A DNA stretch of 64,000 nucleotides from Macrostomum hystrix (GCA_950097015.1 CATNEN010000034.1:3286001-3350000), one strand, 5' to 3'; shown: positions 26,465 through 40,421, counted from the stretch's first letter. The notes: generated by a model not told the origin, from the sequence alone. Made by a program: numbers and translations.

Positions 26465-29400
26465 TCAGTGCCTCGACATGTCCACAGCCATGTCCTCGTC
26501 TTCGTCCAGATCGTCCGGCTCGCCAGACTGACAGCCGCCCAGCCCGTTGGTGGAATCGTCCCTCGCGGGGGAATGTCGGCCCAGAGGGCTCCCCAGTTGG
26601 CTGCCCTGATCGTCGGCGGCCTCGCCGGAGCTGCCGGAAACTTTGATACCAAGGCTCTTGGGAATCTTGGCCAGTATGTGCACCCCGGCGCCGAAGCTCT
26701 TGAACCAGGCGCCGCCCTGCTCCCAGGCTGGGTCCACGGCCAGGTAGAACGGATTGTAGGGCTGCCGGCACTCGATTGGTCGCAGGTTCGTATAGATCTG
26801 CGCAGTCGATTGTCAGGTATGTGAATTTGTATCGAATATTTGTTGAGTTTAAATCCCTACTCATCTATGTTGAATCTACTCAGCTCACCTTGAACACCTC
26901 CAGGGCATCTATAGGCAGTTCGCTGTACGAGTTGGATGCTGGCAGGTAGTACCGTCTCTCGTCTGCGCCGGGGCACTGGCTAAACTGCAGAAACTCCGAC
27001 CCGTCAAGATTATTTAACACCTGGAATTGGCTCCAGGTGAGCGACTTGTGCCGGCTAGTGCCCCGGATGCAGAAGTGAACCCGGTTGAAGAACCATAAAG
27101 TGTTGAGCAGAGCCTGGCAAATTGAGATAGTCGGCTGCCGCATTTAGGATTTTGTCTGATGGAACTCTAGAGTTTCTGGCAAACATTCACTCCAGTTCTC
27201 CTATCACTAGATGCATATTTTCGATCCAGGCAGCATCCATCAGCCTCCACCAAACAGTAGTAGCGATATCGATCCAGTCAGCACACCACCTCACTCCGCC
27301 AAACAGTAGTAGCGATATCGATCCAGTCAGCACACCACCTCACTCCGCCAAACAGTAGTAGCGATATCGATCCAGTCAACACACCACCTCACTCCGCCAA
27401 ACAGTAGTAGCGATATCAATCCATTCAACACACCACCTCACTCCACTAAACAGTAGTAGCGATATCGATCCAATCAACACACCACCTCGCTCCGCCAAAC
27501 AGTAGTAGCGATATCGATCCAGTCAACACACCACCTCACTCCGCCAAACAGTAGTAGCGATATCAATCCATTCAACACACCACCTCACTCCACTAAACAG
27601 TAGTAGCGATATCGATCCAATCAACACACCACCTCGCTCCGCCAAACAGTAGTAGCGATATCGATCCAGTCAACACACCACCTCACTCCACTAAACAGTA
27701 GTAGCGATATCGATCCAGTCAACACACCACCTCACTCCGCCAAACAGTAGTAGCGATATCGATCCAGTCGCAGTTCTCACTCGCAAAGCGCACAATGTTT
27801 AGCCGAAAAGCATTAAAAATAAGAGTGTCTATCTAAATATTTTAGAGAATCAACTAGCCTACTATGTGAATATAAATAAACGTGAAAAACAGAGGCAGAG
27901 TTACAGATCTAGTATTTCTGAAACTTTACACCGAATGACGTCAGCAGTTTTCGCGAGACTCTCAGGATTTCCTCACTTTGCCTAGCTAATGAGCTCAAGC
28001 ACTCCCTGTCTCAGTTATGAATAATATGACATTCATAATTTTGTAAGCGCAACTTGGCTGCAAGAACAGGGCCAAATCCTAATTAATACTTGGATTCGGC
28101 TGCTTGCGCGCGCTGCAGCAAAGTGTGCAAGCTCAAACAAGCCAAACAGTTGATATATAAACCTTTGCTTCCGTTTTTTGTTGCCAGGCCCCCCAACTCG
28201 GGGTGATATAAAATGCCAAAGAAGAATATAGGCCAGTGAAACAAAAAACATGGAAAAGCAGAATAAAAAAACTCTGCTTCTAGTGGCGGCCAATTTAGAA
28301 GAGGAAATTAGCTGCGATTGTGATATGACAGGCCTGGCCGTGGGGGGCATTTGGTGTTCCCGTCTGGATACCAAAATAAGCGGCGAGAAAATTCTTATGA
28401 CCGCATGGCTGCCTTCTCTAATTCATATTTTATTATATATTTTCCATTTTAATGGCGCAGTAAACAATAGTAATACAATATTATAGTACACATGATAGTT
28501 CCTTCTCGACCATTTATGTCTATGGCCTCTAGGCGCTGAGTAATCTAATGACCTTTAAAGCGGAAACTTATTTCCTTTTGTTCATTTATTTGGTCTAAAC
28601 CTGCCTATGGACCATAGACTTATTTGGAGTGGCCAAACGGGATATAAACCATGCTATAGGATTGTGCTTTTTGGAAGGGGAGCTTGTTGTCAAGTGGTTA
28701 GGGCGTCGAGCTCACGTATTGAATGTCGTGGGTTCTTTCCCGACTCCCGATAATTTAAAGATAAATTAATCACGAATTAAGCTTTCAAAAAATTCGTTGA
28801 AGCAACATGTTTTGCAAGATATCTTATATATATAGTGAAAAATTCCTATCTCGCTAGTTCATTTTTTTCGTGAAAATCTGCCTTTAATAAATTTTCCAAG
28901 AAACGAAATCCCGTCCTTCTGCTTCTAGTGAAGAAATCCTTGATGTAATTGCTATCCAAATGACGCTGTGAATAGAGGATATATTTATAAGCGGATGGGG
29001 TCATTATGGGCCACATTTACTAGACGAACCCGCAATAAACTGTGTAATAGGCGGCCAACTATAGCAAACAATTGCTTCTACAATAAAAAGCAATACCTGG
29101 AAAAACCGGAAAGTGCTTCTTTTAGAAGAAAATTGAAACATCTATGCAGGTAGCCCCGAAAACAAGTTTTCACTGAAGTGTATGCATATACGAGTGAATA
29201 TTCATTCATGAAGCGAAAATGGAGACAAAAATATTTAACAAAAAACTGGCAACATATACTATTTAATTTCGTGCAGCAGCATCTTCGTTGGCTAGTCATA
29301 TTATTAGCCCCAGGCCGACAAAGGGACTAATCTACTACCCGAATCGTGTCTTCCTCATTTAAAAAAATAAAAATGTGACCTTGCAACAAAAAATGTAGCC

Positions 29401-32400
29401 AAAAATCTCAATTCAACAAACTGCAGAGTCAATGCGGGCTCTTATTTTATATTTTAGTTCCAGTTTTGACCATCAGTTCGAGTTTTTACCGCTTGCTTCC
29501 TTATAGCAGCTCTTAAATTTCTCTATTTTTTTCTTCTAACCTGACTCTATTGCTGCAGCACAATGTCCCCAAATTCGGACCATCGTGCTGATACTTTGTC
29601 GGCAAACTCATGCAATTGTGGGCAACCGATTTTTATTTCTATGCGTCAGTGGCAGCAATAAATGCCGCTTCAATAAATAGCAATCAGAATTTTTTTAGTT
29701 TCTCTTTAACAATTTTATTATTTGATTTTACAGACCTGGAGCATACAATAGGAAATCTTTGGCCCACCCAGCTAGTTATCCCCAGACCAAGGGCTTTCAA
29801 TTCGTTCTCCAAATGTAGCCAAAATGAAAGTTATGCTGCTCATTTTGGCGCCGGAAATCCTCACTTAGATCCCAAAAAATTGAGCAAGAAAATGTTTTTT
29901 TTCGCCCAGTTTCCAGACAGACTTTGAGAATAGGTCACATGTCAATGAAATTTATTCAATGCGGCTGGACTGCTTCCTGAGTTAAATGACTGCTGCTATC
30001 TGCACCTGGAGCGACACTGTGGCTGTCAACAATAAACCAAATCATTTACAGTTTATTTAAATCCTGCTTGGAGTACTGGCCTAATGTAACAGATGCCAGT
30101 ATCTGGTACTGAATGTAATTTGTGATTTGAATATCCGGCACAAACATGCCATCCTGTAATTTAACTGCGTGTTATGACCGGGACAATACACTTTAATTTC
30201 TGCACCGTTCTTTTGAATTAATCCCCATTCTACTGAGCTTTCTAACTTAGAATCGCAGCAAGAGCCACAACTAGAATCGCAGCAAGAGCCACAACTAGAA
30301 TCGTAGCAAGAGCCACAACTAGAATCGCAGCAAGAGCCACAACTAGAATCGTAGCAAGAGCCATAACTAGAATCGCAGCAAGAGCCACAACTAGAATCGC
30401 AGCAAGAGCCACAACTAGAATCGCAGCAAGAGCCACAACTAGAATCGCAGCAAGAGCCACAACTAGAATCGCAGCAAGAGCCACATCTGGAATCGCAGCA
30501 AGAGCCACAACTAGAATCGCAGCAAGAGCCACAACTAGAATCGTAGCAAGAGCCATAACTAGAATCGCAGCAAGAGCCACAACTAGAATCGCAGCAAGAG
30601 CCACAACTAGAATCGCAGCAAGAGCCACAACTAGAATCGCAGCAAGAGCCACAACTAGAATCGCAGCAAGAGCCACAACTAGAATCGTAGCAAGAGCCAT
30701 AACTAGAATCGCAGCAAGAGCCACAACTAGAATCGCAGCAAGAGCCACAACTAGAATCGCAGCAAGAGCCACAACTAGCATCGCAGCAAGAGCCACAACT
30801 AGAATCGCAGCAAGAGCCACAACTAGAATCGCAGCAAGAGCCACAACTAGAATCGCAGCAAGAGCCACAACTAGAATCGCAGCAAGAGCCACATCTGGAA
30901 TCGCAGCAAGAGCCACAACTAGCATCGCAGCAAGAGCCACAACTAGAATCGCAGCAAGAGCCACATCTGGAATCGCAGCAAGAGCCACAACTAGAATCGC
31001 AGCAAGAGCCACATCTGGAATCGCAGCAAGAGCCACAACTAGAATCGCAGCAAAAGCCCATATGACCTACCTTTTTGGGTTGGCCTTTTCGTCTTACGAA
31101 GGCGACAAGTTTTTTTACGCGAAGAAAAACTATTTTGTTGAAATTTTTTGGTGGAAAGTTTTGATGCTGCGAATAACAGTTTCTTTAACAGTTTTCGTTT
31201 GTTCTTCTTCTTTTTCTGAATTAGGTTTGCGAAATCTTATTATTCTCGGGCCAAGATTTGGGAATAATTTCGCAGCGATACAGATTTCCCTGATGGAGGT
31301 CCTGCTGTAGCAAAGCTAAGACAAAAAGTCGTGCTTGGCGAAAATCTTGACAATTATTTTGTCCAGCATTGATCCAAACCGCCCAATTGATTTCGGAAGC
31401 AGTCCTCATATCCTTCTACTAGCTAAAATTTCAAGTGTTGTTTTGGGAGGCGCAAATACAAGGATACTAATGCATTTTGCCTGTAACATCGGCATCATTG
31501 GATCCAATCGATATAGTATGATACAGCATCAATACAGCTCATGGCAGCTCATTACAGCTTTATACAGCATCCGCTCATTACAGCTTTATACAGCATCCGC
31601 TCATTACAGCTTTATACCGCATCCGCTCATTACAGTTTTATACAGCATCCGCTCATTACAGCTTTATACAGCATCCGCTCATTACAGCTTTATACAGCAT
31701 CCGCTCATTACAGCTTTATACAGCATCCGTTCATTACAGCTTTATACAGCCTCCGCTCATTACAGCTTTATACAGCATCCGCTCATTACAGCTTTATACA
31801 GCATCCGCTCATTACAGCTTTATACAGCATCCGCTCATTATAGCTTTATACAGTATCCGCTCATTACAGCTTTATACAGCATCCGCTCATTACAGCTTTA
31901 TACAGTATCCGCTCATTACAGCTTTATACAGCATCCGCTCATTACAGCTTTATACAGTATCCGCTCATTACAGCTTTATACAGCATCCGCTCATTATAGC
32001 TTTATACAGCATCCGCTCATTACAGCTTTATACAGTATCCGCTCATTACAGCTTTATACAGCATCCGCTCATTATAGCTTTATACAGCATCCGCTCATTA
32101 CAGCTTTATACAGCATCCGCTCATTACAGCTTTATACAGCATCCGCTCATTACAGCTTTATACAGCATCCGCTCATTATAGCTTTATACAGTATCCGCTC
32201 ATTACAGCTTTATACAGCATCCGCTCATTATAGCTTTATACAGCATCCGCTCATTACAGCTTTATACAGTATCCGCTCATTACAGCTTTATACAGCATCC
32301 GCTCATTATAGCTTTATACAGCATCCGCTCATTACAGCTTTATACAGCATCCGCTCATTATAGCTTTATACAGTATCCGTTCATTACAGCTTTATACAGC

Positions 32401-35400
32401 ATCCGCTCATTACAGCTTTATACAGCATCCGCTCATTACAGCTTTATACAGCATCCGTTCATTACAGCCTCATTTAGATTCCCTAGAAGCCGCTCACCTG
32501 CGGATTATCGGTGCCCAGCAGTCCCATGCTGAACAAATGAGCTGCGTGTTCAACAGAGAGGCTCTTTGGCACAGCGGTGGTCCTGGAGATGGCTCGCAGC
32601 TCCTGCAGGCGCGCATTCATGGCGGTTCTGGTGCCCACAAATGCCGCGTCCCGCAGCACCGACCCACTGTAGTTGTAGGTCTGTAAAATAGTGAATGATT
32701 ATAAAAATATTAGATGATTTAATAAATTTATCACTTAGCAAAGCCGCAGCTATTGCGCGGCGCATCTGAAGGCTGCGTACAGCTGTTCAGTCCATGGACT
32801 GGGGGGACGCCACACCCACCCTAATTAGCCCCAGCTGAGACTGATACCTATTTAACAACTGGGTGAACTCAAGAAATACATAATTTAGTATCTTTAGTAA
32901 AGGACACAGATTTTTCCAGTGGAGTCGGGAAACGAACCCCCGACCTCCAAGTCGTAAGTCAGATGCTCTAACCACAAGGGTACAACCCCCTCAATGAATG
33001 TTATTCATTACTATTCAATCAATTTTTTCAGTATTAACTAACAATTTATTGAAATACTTTTTGCATCGTAAAGAAAAGTCAGACCATTTTCCAGGAATCC
33101 TGAACGACTCAGCCACACAAAATATCCTGCGAATTTGTACCATGAATGTCGGCCTTATTCAAATACAAGCCAAATATTGGTTGTAGCTATGCTAGTCCGG
33201 TTACATAGACCCTAGCATTGGGGCTTATCACAGGCACAGCTAATATTGCTCTGCATCTGCCGACTCGTGCTTCTCAAACGCCAATTCTTAATTTAATCAG
33301 TGCTCAAAGCGTTTGAGTACCTGATTTGCCTCGTATCGAATTGATATCGAAATATCAATGAAATATTGACATTGCAATACTTTGCGCTGAGCTAAGTACG
33401 AGAGAGAATCGGTAGATCTCTGAATTTCTTAGACTGGCGCTGTGATGAAGAAATAACAGCAGGTTGGATTGCTAGTCTATCCCGTGGGTGATGGATGAGA
33501 ATGGACTGCTAGTCTATCCCGTGGGTGATGGATGAGAATGGACTGCTAGTCTATCCCGTGGGTGATGGATGAGAATGGATTGCTAGTCTATCCCGTGGGT
33601 GATGGATGAGAATGGATTGCTAGTCTATCCCGTGGGTGATGGGACAGAACGGATTGCTAGTCTATCCCGTGGGTGATGGATGAGAATGGACTGCTAGTCT
33701 ATCCCGTGGGTGATGGATGAGAATGGACTGCTAGTCTATCCCGTGGGTGATGGATGAGAATGGACTGCTAGTCTATCCCGTGGGTGATGGATGAGAATGG
33801 ATTGCTAGTCTATCCCGTGGGTGATGGGACAGAACGGATTTCTAGTCTATCCCGTGGGTGATGGATGAGAATGGACTGCTAGTCTATCCCGTGGGTGATG
33901 GATGAGAATGGACTGCTAGTCTATCCCGTGGGTGATGGATGAGAATGGACTGCTAGTCTATCCCGTGGGTGATGGATGAGAATGGACTGCTAGTCTATCC
34001 CGTTGGTGATGGATGAGAATGGACTGCTAGTCTATCCCGTGGGTGATGGATGAGAATGGACTGCTAGTCTATCCCGTGGGTGATGGATGAGAATGGACTG
34101 CTAGTCTATCCCGTGGGTGATGGATGAGAATGGACTGCTAGTCTATCCCGTTGGTGATGGATGAGAATGGACTGCTAGTCTATCCCGTGGGTGATGGATG
34201 AGAATGGACTGCTAGTCTATCCCGTGGGTGATGGATGAGAATGGACTGCTAGTCTATCCCGTGGGTGATGGATGAGAATGGATTGCTAGTCTATCCCGTG
34301 GGTGATGGGACAGAATGGATTGCTAGTCTATCCCGTGGGTGATGGGACAGAATGGATTGCTAGTCTATCCCGTGGGTGATGGGACAGAATGGATTGCTAG
34401 TCTATCCCATGGGTGATGGATGAGAATGGATTGCTAGTCTATCCCGTGGGTGATGGATGAGAATGGATTGCTAGTCTATCCCATGGGTGATGGATGAGAA
34501 TGGATTGCTAGTCTATCCCGTGGGTGATGGATGAGAATGGATTGCTAGTCTATCCCGTGGGTGATGGGACAGAATGGATTGCTAGTCTATCCCGTGGGTG
34601 ATGGGACAGAATGGATTGCTAGTCTATCCCGTGGGTGATGGGACAGAATGGATTGCTAGTCTATCCCATGGGTGATGGATGAGAATGGATTGCTAGTCTA
34701 TCCCGTGGGTGATGGATGAGAATGGATTGCTAGTCTATCCCATGGGTGATGGATGAGAATGGATTGCTAGTCTATCCCGTGGGTGATGGATGAGAATGGA
34801 TTGCTACTCTATCCCATGGGTGATGGATGAGAATGGATTGCTAGTCTATCCCGTGGGTGATGGATGAGAATGGATTGCTAGTCTATCCCGTGGGTGATGG
34901 GACAGAATGGATTGCTAGTCTATCCCGTGGGTGATGGGACAGAATGGATTGCTAGTCTATCCCGTGGGTGATGGGACAGAATGGATTGCTAGTCTATCCC
35001 ATGGGTGATGGATGAGAATGGATTGCTAGTCTATCCCGTGGGTGATGGATGAGAATGGATTGCTAGTCTATCCCGTGGGTGATGGGACAGAATGGATTGC
35101 TAGTCTATCCCGTGGGTGATGGGACAGAATGGATTGCTAGTCTATCCCATGGGTGATGGATGAGAATGGATTGCTAGTCTATCCCGTGGGTGATGGATGA
35201 GAATGGATTGCTAGTCTATCCCGTGGGTGATGGGACAGAATGGATTGCTAGTCTATCCCGTGGGTGATGGGACAGAATGGATTGCTAGTCTATCTCGTGG
35301 GTGATGGATGAGAATGGATTGCTAGTCTATCCCGTGGGTGATGGATGAGAATGGATTGCTAGTCTATCCCGTGGGTGATGGGACAGAATGGATTGCTAGT

Positions 35401-38400
35401 CTATCTCGTGGGTGATGGGACAGAATGGATTGCTAGTCTATCCCGTGGGTGATGGGACAGAATGGATTGCTAGTCTATCCCGTGGGTGATGGATGAGAAT
35501 GGATTGCTAGTCTATCTCGTGGGTGATGGATGAGAATGGATTGCTAGTCTATCCCGTGGGTGATGGGACAGAACGGATTGCTAGTCTATCCCGTGGGTGA
35601 TGGGACAGAATGGATTGCTAGTCTATCCCGTGGGTGATGGGACAGAATGGATTGCTAGTCTATCCCGTGGGTGATGGATGAGAATGGATTGCTAGTCTAT
35701 CCCGTGGGTGATGGGACAGAACGGATTGCTAGTCTATCCCGTGGGTGATGGGACAGAATGGATTGCTAGTCTATCCCGTGGGTGATGGATGAGAATGGAT
35801 TGCTAGTCTATCCCGTGGGTGATGGGACAGAATGGATTGCTAGTCTATCCCGTGGGTGATGGATGAGAATGGATTGCTAGTCTATCCCGTGGGTGATGGG
35901 ACAGAACGGATTGCTAGTCTATCCCGTGGGTGATGGGACAGAATGGATTGCTAGTCTATCCCGTGGGTGATGGGACAGAATGGATTGCTAGTCTATCCCG
36001 TGGGTGATGGGACAGAATGGATTGCTAGTCTATCCCGTGGGTGATGGGACAGAACGGAGGCATCGTTATGCTGCTCCGATTTGTGAAGCGCAAACTGAAA
36101 ATATTTGTGACAGGAAAAAGCATCTTTCTTGGAAATAATCGATGAGATAAAATTCGATGCTCGGACAAGAAGCGAATTTTGCGGATCAATGGGAGATTAG
36201 GAACTGGGCGCAGCGGGTTAAAGAAATCCCACTTGGGAAATCGCTGCGCGTGGGATTTTAGAAATACAACTGTGAAGCAATTAGTGCCAAATACGAAAAT
36301 TTTCTACTCGGAAGCGGAACCAGAGAAAATAATTACCGAAATGGGCTGCGGCGGGCCTTAGGCACTGCCGGCTATTGGCAAATCTGACGATAAGCCCTGC
36401 TAAGGGGTTCTTAACTCTCTCAGATTCTGCTCACCAAATCCCCACTGCTAAGTAAGGTCTCGACTAGTCCACTTTGCGAGATCAGAACGGACCCCCACCC
36501 GAAACCCCAGAATCTGCACTGCTGCCGCGTAATTTGGGATGACAGGAATGAGACTGCTTGGGTCTCTAGTGGATACTGAGCTTGGGAAACTAGCTGGTTG
36601 GAGTGAGAAAAATGAGAGTTCCGTTTTGTTTGATTTCGCTCCTTCCGATTGACAACACAGACTCCCAGAAAAGACAGACTACCATAACAGACTGACAGAC
36701 AACCCTGAACAGACAGACATCCAGAACAGACAGACATCCAGAACAGACATACATCCAGAACAGACAGACACCCGGAACAGACACCCAGAAACCAGGACGG
36801 GACTCCAAAACTCACCCTGAGATGCCGCTCAAGCGAGTGAATGAAGGCCTTGAGACTCTCTGGCTCATATTCCTGGCCGTCCTTCTTCCTAGCCTGGCTA
36901 ACGAAGTCCCGAAGATGAGCGTCCAACTCTTCAGCCGGGATGCTCTGCACGTCGCGCTGATCGCCGCGCACCTGTTGAATAAATCGGCAGATGACCTTCA
37001 TGTCCGACTTGGTCTTGCGCATCGTGTTGTGCACCCCACCGCCACCGCCGCCGCCGCCGCCGGCTCCGCCTGGACTGTTGTTGTTGTTGGCGGCATCCGC
37101 TGCTGCAGCAGCCGCGGCGGCCGCATTAACTGCCGCCGATGACGAGGTAGTTGACGATGATGAGGAGCTGTTGTTGACGGAGCTCACTGGCTGCTGCTGC
37201 TGCTGCTGTGAGCGGGCCTTGCCACCGCCTGGAATTCGAAGTTCATCGCTCACCAAATACATTACCGCTGGGTAAAATAAAGCAACTGGCAATCAAGAAT
37301 GTTGTTCAAGGGCTGAGATTCGAACCCCCGACCTCTAGGTCAGGATTCCAAAGCTCTAACAGCTGGGCTACAGATAGAAACAACAGTATCTCTAGTACAA
37401 AGCATCCAATGCAAGTTGCCAATCTGAGAATGAATTCGATTGCATTTTGTCAATCTGAAAAAACAGTAGGCAATTTGTTATTTCAGTCTAGTCTAAATCA
37501 AAGATCAACTTTTTATCAGGAGTCAAAGAGGAAGGGGGGAGTGTCAAATATGGGACTGGCGGAAGCTGTTTTTTATCCCACACGCTGAGCTGCCCGCACA
37601 GACAATGCCGAACCGAGAGCGGCGCTTCAAATTTCCGAGAAGTCGAACCGAAGAAATCATTCAATGCGGCAGACAGCCTGGCACCAGACGCTTCCACCGA
37701 GGCATGGAGCTCCCCGAAGGCGGCATTAAAAAGCGGCGCAGTTGACAGGGCGGCGGCTGTACCGTGGCGCCAATTATGCAGTTTTTCTAGTCTGCCAGAT
37801 CCTATTCAGCTGCTATTGTTTCTCCTTTTTCCACTATAATCTCGACTCAAAAAGGGAGGAAAAAACATCTAATAAAAATCGGCACAACAAAACTGTTGAT
37901 AGGAAAAGTTGAAAACGTCTTTATCAAACTGGCAGACTGGCTGAAATTCATTGTGTTTTTTATTAATGCCACTAGCCTTTGACTCAGGAAATCCTCTCCA
38001 CTCACCTTGCAGTTGAGGGGCAGCAGCGTCTAGGCACGACTCGGAGCCCATTGGACTGTCGTCGGCCGTCTGCTGCTGCAGCTCCAGAACTGGCGGCAGC
38101 TGCTGTGGCAGCGGCGGCGGCAGCAGGGGAAGCGGCAGCGACGGCTGCTTTCTGCCGTCCAGGCCTGCAACGGCGGACACCGCGGCCGGACCGAAGCCGT
38201 GCGCCGCGGTCATGTGTGCCTCCAACTGGCGGAGGCTGCGGGCCGGCGAGCCACAGATCAAGCACTGAAAGTCAGGCAGGCCGATGCTGCCGCCGCCACC
38301 GGCGGCCAAACCCGCGGCGGCCGCCATCAAACCGAAATGAGTGGCCGCCGGATGAGGCGGAGGCGGCGGCGGCGGCGGCGGAGGCAGCGGCGGAGCTTGC

Positions 38401-40421
38401 GTCGGATGCTGATAAGCGCCGCCGGATGAGACGGCCGCGGCGGCGGCGGCTGCGGCTGCAGCTGCGGCAGCAGACACTGGCACCGGCCTGCCCAGACCGG
38501 CTGAAGCAGCAGCGGCTGCAGCCATGTGAGACATTGGAAAGTGCAGCACCTGAATGTGGGTGCTGAGATCCTCAGAGCACTGGCAGAGCGCCTTGCACAG
38601 CGGGCAGGGAATGCCGCGCATTTCCTGGCAGGCCGCTGAAGACTTTTGGTGCTGCAGCAGCTGCTGCTGCCAGATCTTGTCCAGCTGAGCGCCATTCGCC
38701 AGAGTTCCCGGTCGGCCGGTGAATTTTCGCACCGTGTCGCAGCACTCGATAATGTTGGCGTGCTGCAAAGGTGGGGGCGGCTGCTGTTTTAGGCCTATTG
38801 TTCTATTTGAGCTGTAGATATTTCATATAAGTCTTTGTTTTTTTAGAAGGCAAAGAGGTGTTGGGTTTCCTAGCTCCGATAAGGGCCGCCTAACATCGCG
38901 CAATCTTGTCGACTAGAATTGTTGTGTCTCACTCAGAAGCCCAGCATCTCGCATAGTCTAGTTTATCCGCGTCAAAGCCCAGCTGCAAATCTGAGATCCT
39001 TGAACCAAGCACAAGTTTTTTTCCCATATTTTGTTGCCCTTGTCAAACCTTTTTGAGCTGCAATCTGACACTTTCAAATGCCTTTTTGTCTTTTTGACAA
39101 TAATTTAGATGAGACCACATGGTCTAGAATGACATTGAAAGCCTAGCCGGCAGATAAATTGACAAACGCTAGAGAACTAATTTTGGGGATGAGTGAATAG
39201 TTGGGATCAATGATGCGGCATTCCTAGGCGAGAGTTCGGTCATTGTTTAGACATGGAGAAAAAAATGTAGGAAAGAAAAATTTTAAAGGAAAAATTCAGG
39301 AAAAAAAGCGTGGGTCCCTGCCCCTTACCCCGACCCAAAAACCTGTGTAAGAAGAAATTCAAGAAATATTTCTCCAATTATTTGGTCGGTGAACAAGCCC
39401 TCCCCTATGGCCCACGCACCGGAATTGAAACTATTCTATTCTTTCCTGTCTTAACCCCAGCGTCTATTCATTATTGCCTCCTCCGTGAACCAAAAAAGTT
39501 TGTGGATAGGCCCCACAAAACTGGTCGCAGTTAATTGGGAGATGGGAGTAAACGAAGTGGGGAAATGTTGGGGGTGAAGATGGAGATCTCACACTGCAAC
39601 CAAAGAAGACTCAAACAATGAACGCTATGAGAAACTCACTGCGCTCAACAACCAGCTGAGAATAGGAAGAATTGCTTTGAGGCCTGAGAACTAATAAAGA
39701 GAGATGAAGGAGCACGCTATTAAACTGGGATGGGAGAACATGACGAGTTGGGACAAAACAGATTGGGATATGACCATTCAGCGTGTTGGCTTCGTCAATT
39801 TACCAAGAGCATAGTTGAGGCTGCTTTTATAAAGAAAGAAAATGTAGCGATTGAAGCTTCCAAACTAATTGGTGTCGTTCTGCATCTGTGAAGGTGACTC
39901 AGTTTATCTGACTAAGAATGATTCCAGTCTCATTCTAGCCCTCACCTTCACTTTTCTGTGATAGATCTCCCGATGATCTTCCATGATCTCGCGGCTGGTG
40001 CTGATGGCTTGGCACACGCTGCACACGTAGGTGAAGTACTTTGGCGGCTCGTCCCTCAGGCTGCATGGAAAATGGGTCTCAAACTTGTGCAGATTTAGCG
40101 TTGTGTACGCGCACTCGGGACATCGGACAAAATGCACCCACGGCTGCGTCTGCGGCTGCGGCTGCTGCGGAGGCGGCGGCTGCTGCAGCTGCTGTTGCTG
40201 AGTCTGTGGCGACTGCCGCTCCATGAGGACTGCGCTCTGATAGGTTGGAAATGGCAGCAACAGACCCAGTGGCAAGGTGGCAAACGGCAGGGGCAGTGAG
40301 GCTGCTGCTGCTGCAGCTGCTGGAGTCGGGGACTGATGAAGATGATCCACTCTGTCTCCACCAGCGGATCTAGATGGGGACTGTATTGTTGAGCCTTGCT
40401 GTGCCTGATAGCGGGACTTAT
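26465..40421 (-). CDS. C2H2 zinc finger plus Crypton-derived tyrosine-recombinase-like (DUF3504; KIAA1958/QRICH1/ZMYM-type) protein; 5' end unresolved
   Basis: Exons about 40421-39946, 38762-38006, 37267-36816, 32680-32498, 27113-26889 and 26797-26465, with GT-AG introns and compatible phases. Zinc fingers: CSVC...HREIYH, CPLC...HIQVLH, CLIC...HMTAAH, plus CPEC...H-x2-C. DUF3504-type motifs: NTMRKTKSD, IPAEELDAHLRDF...RKKDGQEYEPESL...ERHLR|TYNYSGSVLRDAAF...GLLGTDNPQ|ALLNTLWFFN...IRGTSRH...LTW...RP...PFYLAV...WFKSFGAGVHIL. Confidence 0.85.
27251..27770. repeat. 49-bp minisatellite, about 10 copies, intronic
   Basis: Unit caaacagtagtagcgatatcgatccagtcaacacaccacctcactccgc. It contains the reverse complement of the GGAGTGAGGTGG motif. 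Confidence 0.95.
28676..28755 (+). mobile_element. tRNA-like SINE head (family B-like), truncated
   Basis: ggggagcttgttgtcaagtggttagggcgtcgagctcacg...gtgggttctttcccgactcc resembles the head at 18841. Confidence 0.55.
30243..31052. repeat. 24-bp minisatellite, about 33 copies, intronic
   Basis: Unit ctagaatcgcagcaagagccacaa. Confidence 0.95.
31545..32466. repeat. 26-bp minisatellite, about 35 copies, intronic
   Basis: Unit cagctttatacagcatccgctcatta. Confidence 0.96.
32780..32990 (-). mobile_element. tRNA-derived SINE family B
   Basis: The minus strand reads ggggttgtacccttgtggttagagcatctgacttacgacttggaggtcggggttcgtttcccgactcc...ccagtccatggactgaacagc, homologous to 18841-19060. Confidence 0.85.
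33467..36056. repeat. 37-bp minisatellite, about 70 copies, intronic
   Basis: Unit gctagtctatcccgtgggtgatggatgagaatgga(c/t)t with a gggacagaatgg variant that becomes more common rightward. Confidence 0.97.
37296..37366 (-). mobile_element. tRNA-like SINE head (family C)
   Basis: The minus strand reads tgtagcccagctgttagagctttggaatcctgacctagaggtcgggggttcgaatctcagcccttg, with A and B boxes. Confidence 0.6.

Noticed and set aside
30081-31061. 326-aa Cys-rich (CCDSSCGS)n ORF resembling metallothionein or keratin-associated proteins
   Set aside because: It is a 24-bp array inside an intron of the DUF3504 gene, with another frame also open, no signal peptide and no supporting splice structure. It cannot be fully excluded without RNA data.
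37296-37366. tRNA-like sequences (also 28676-28755, 15120-15180, 18841-18920) as tRNA genes
   Set aside because: They have A/B boxes but no convincing full cloverleaf, and most continue into shared SINE bodies.
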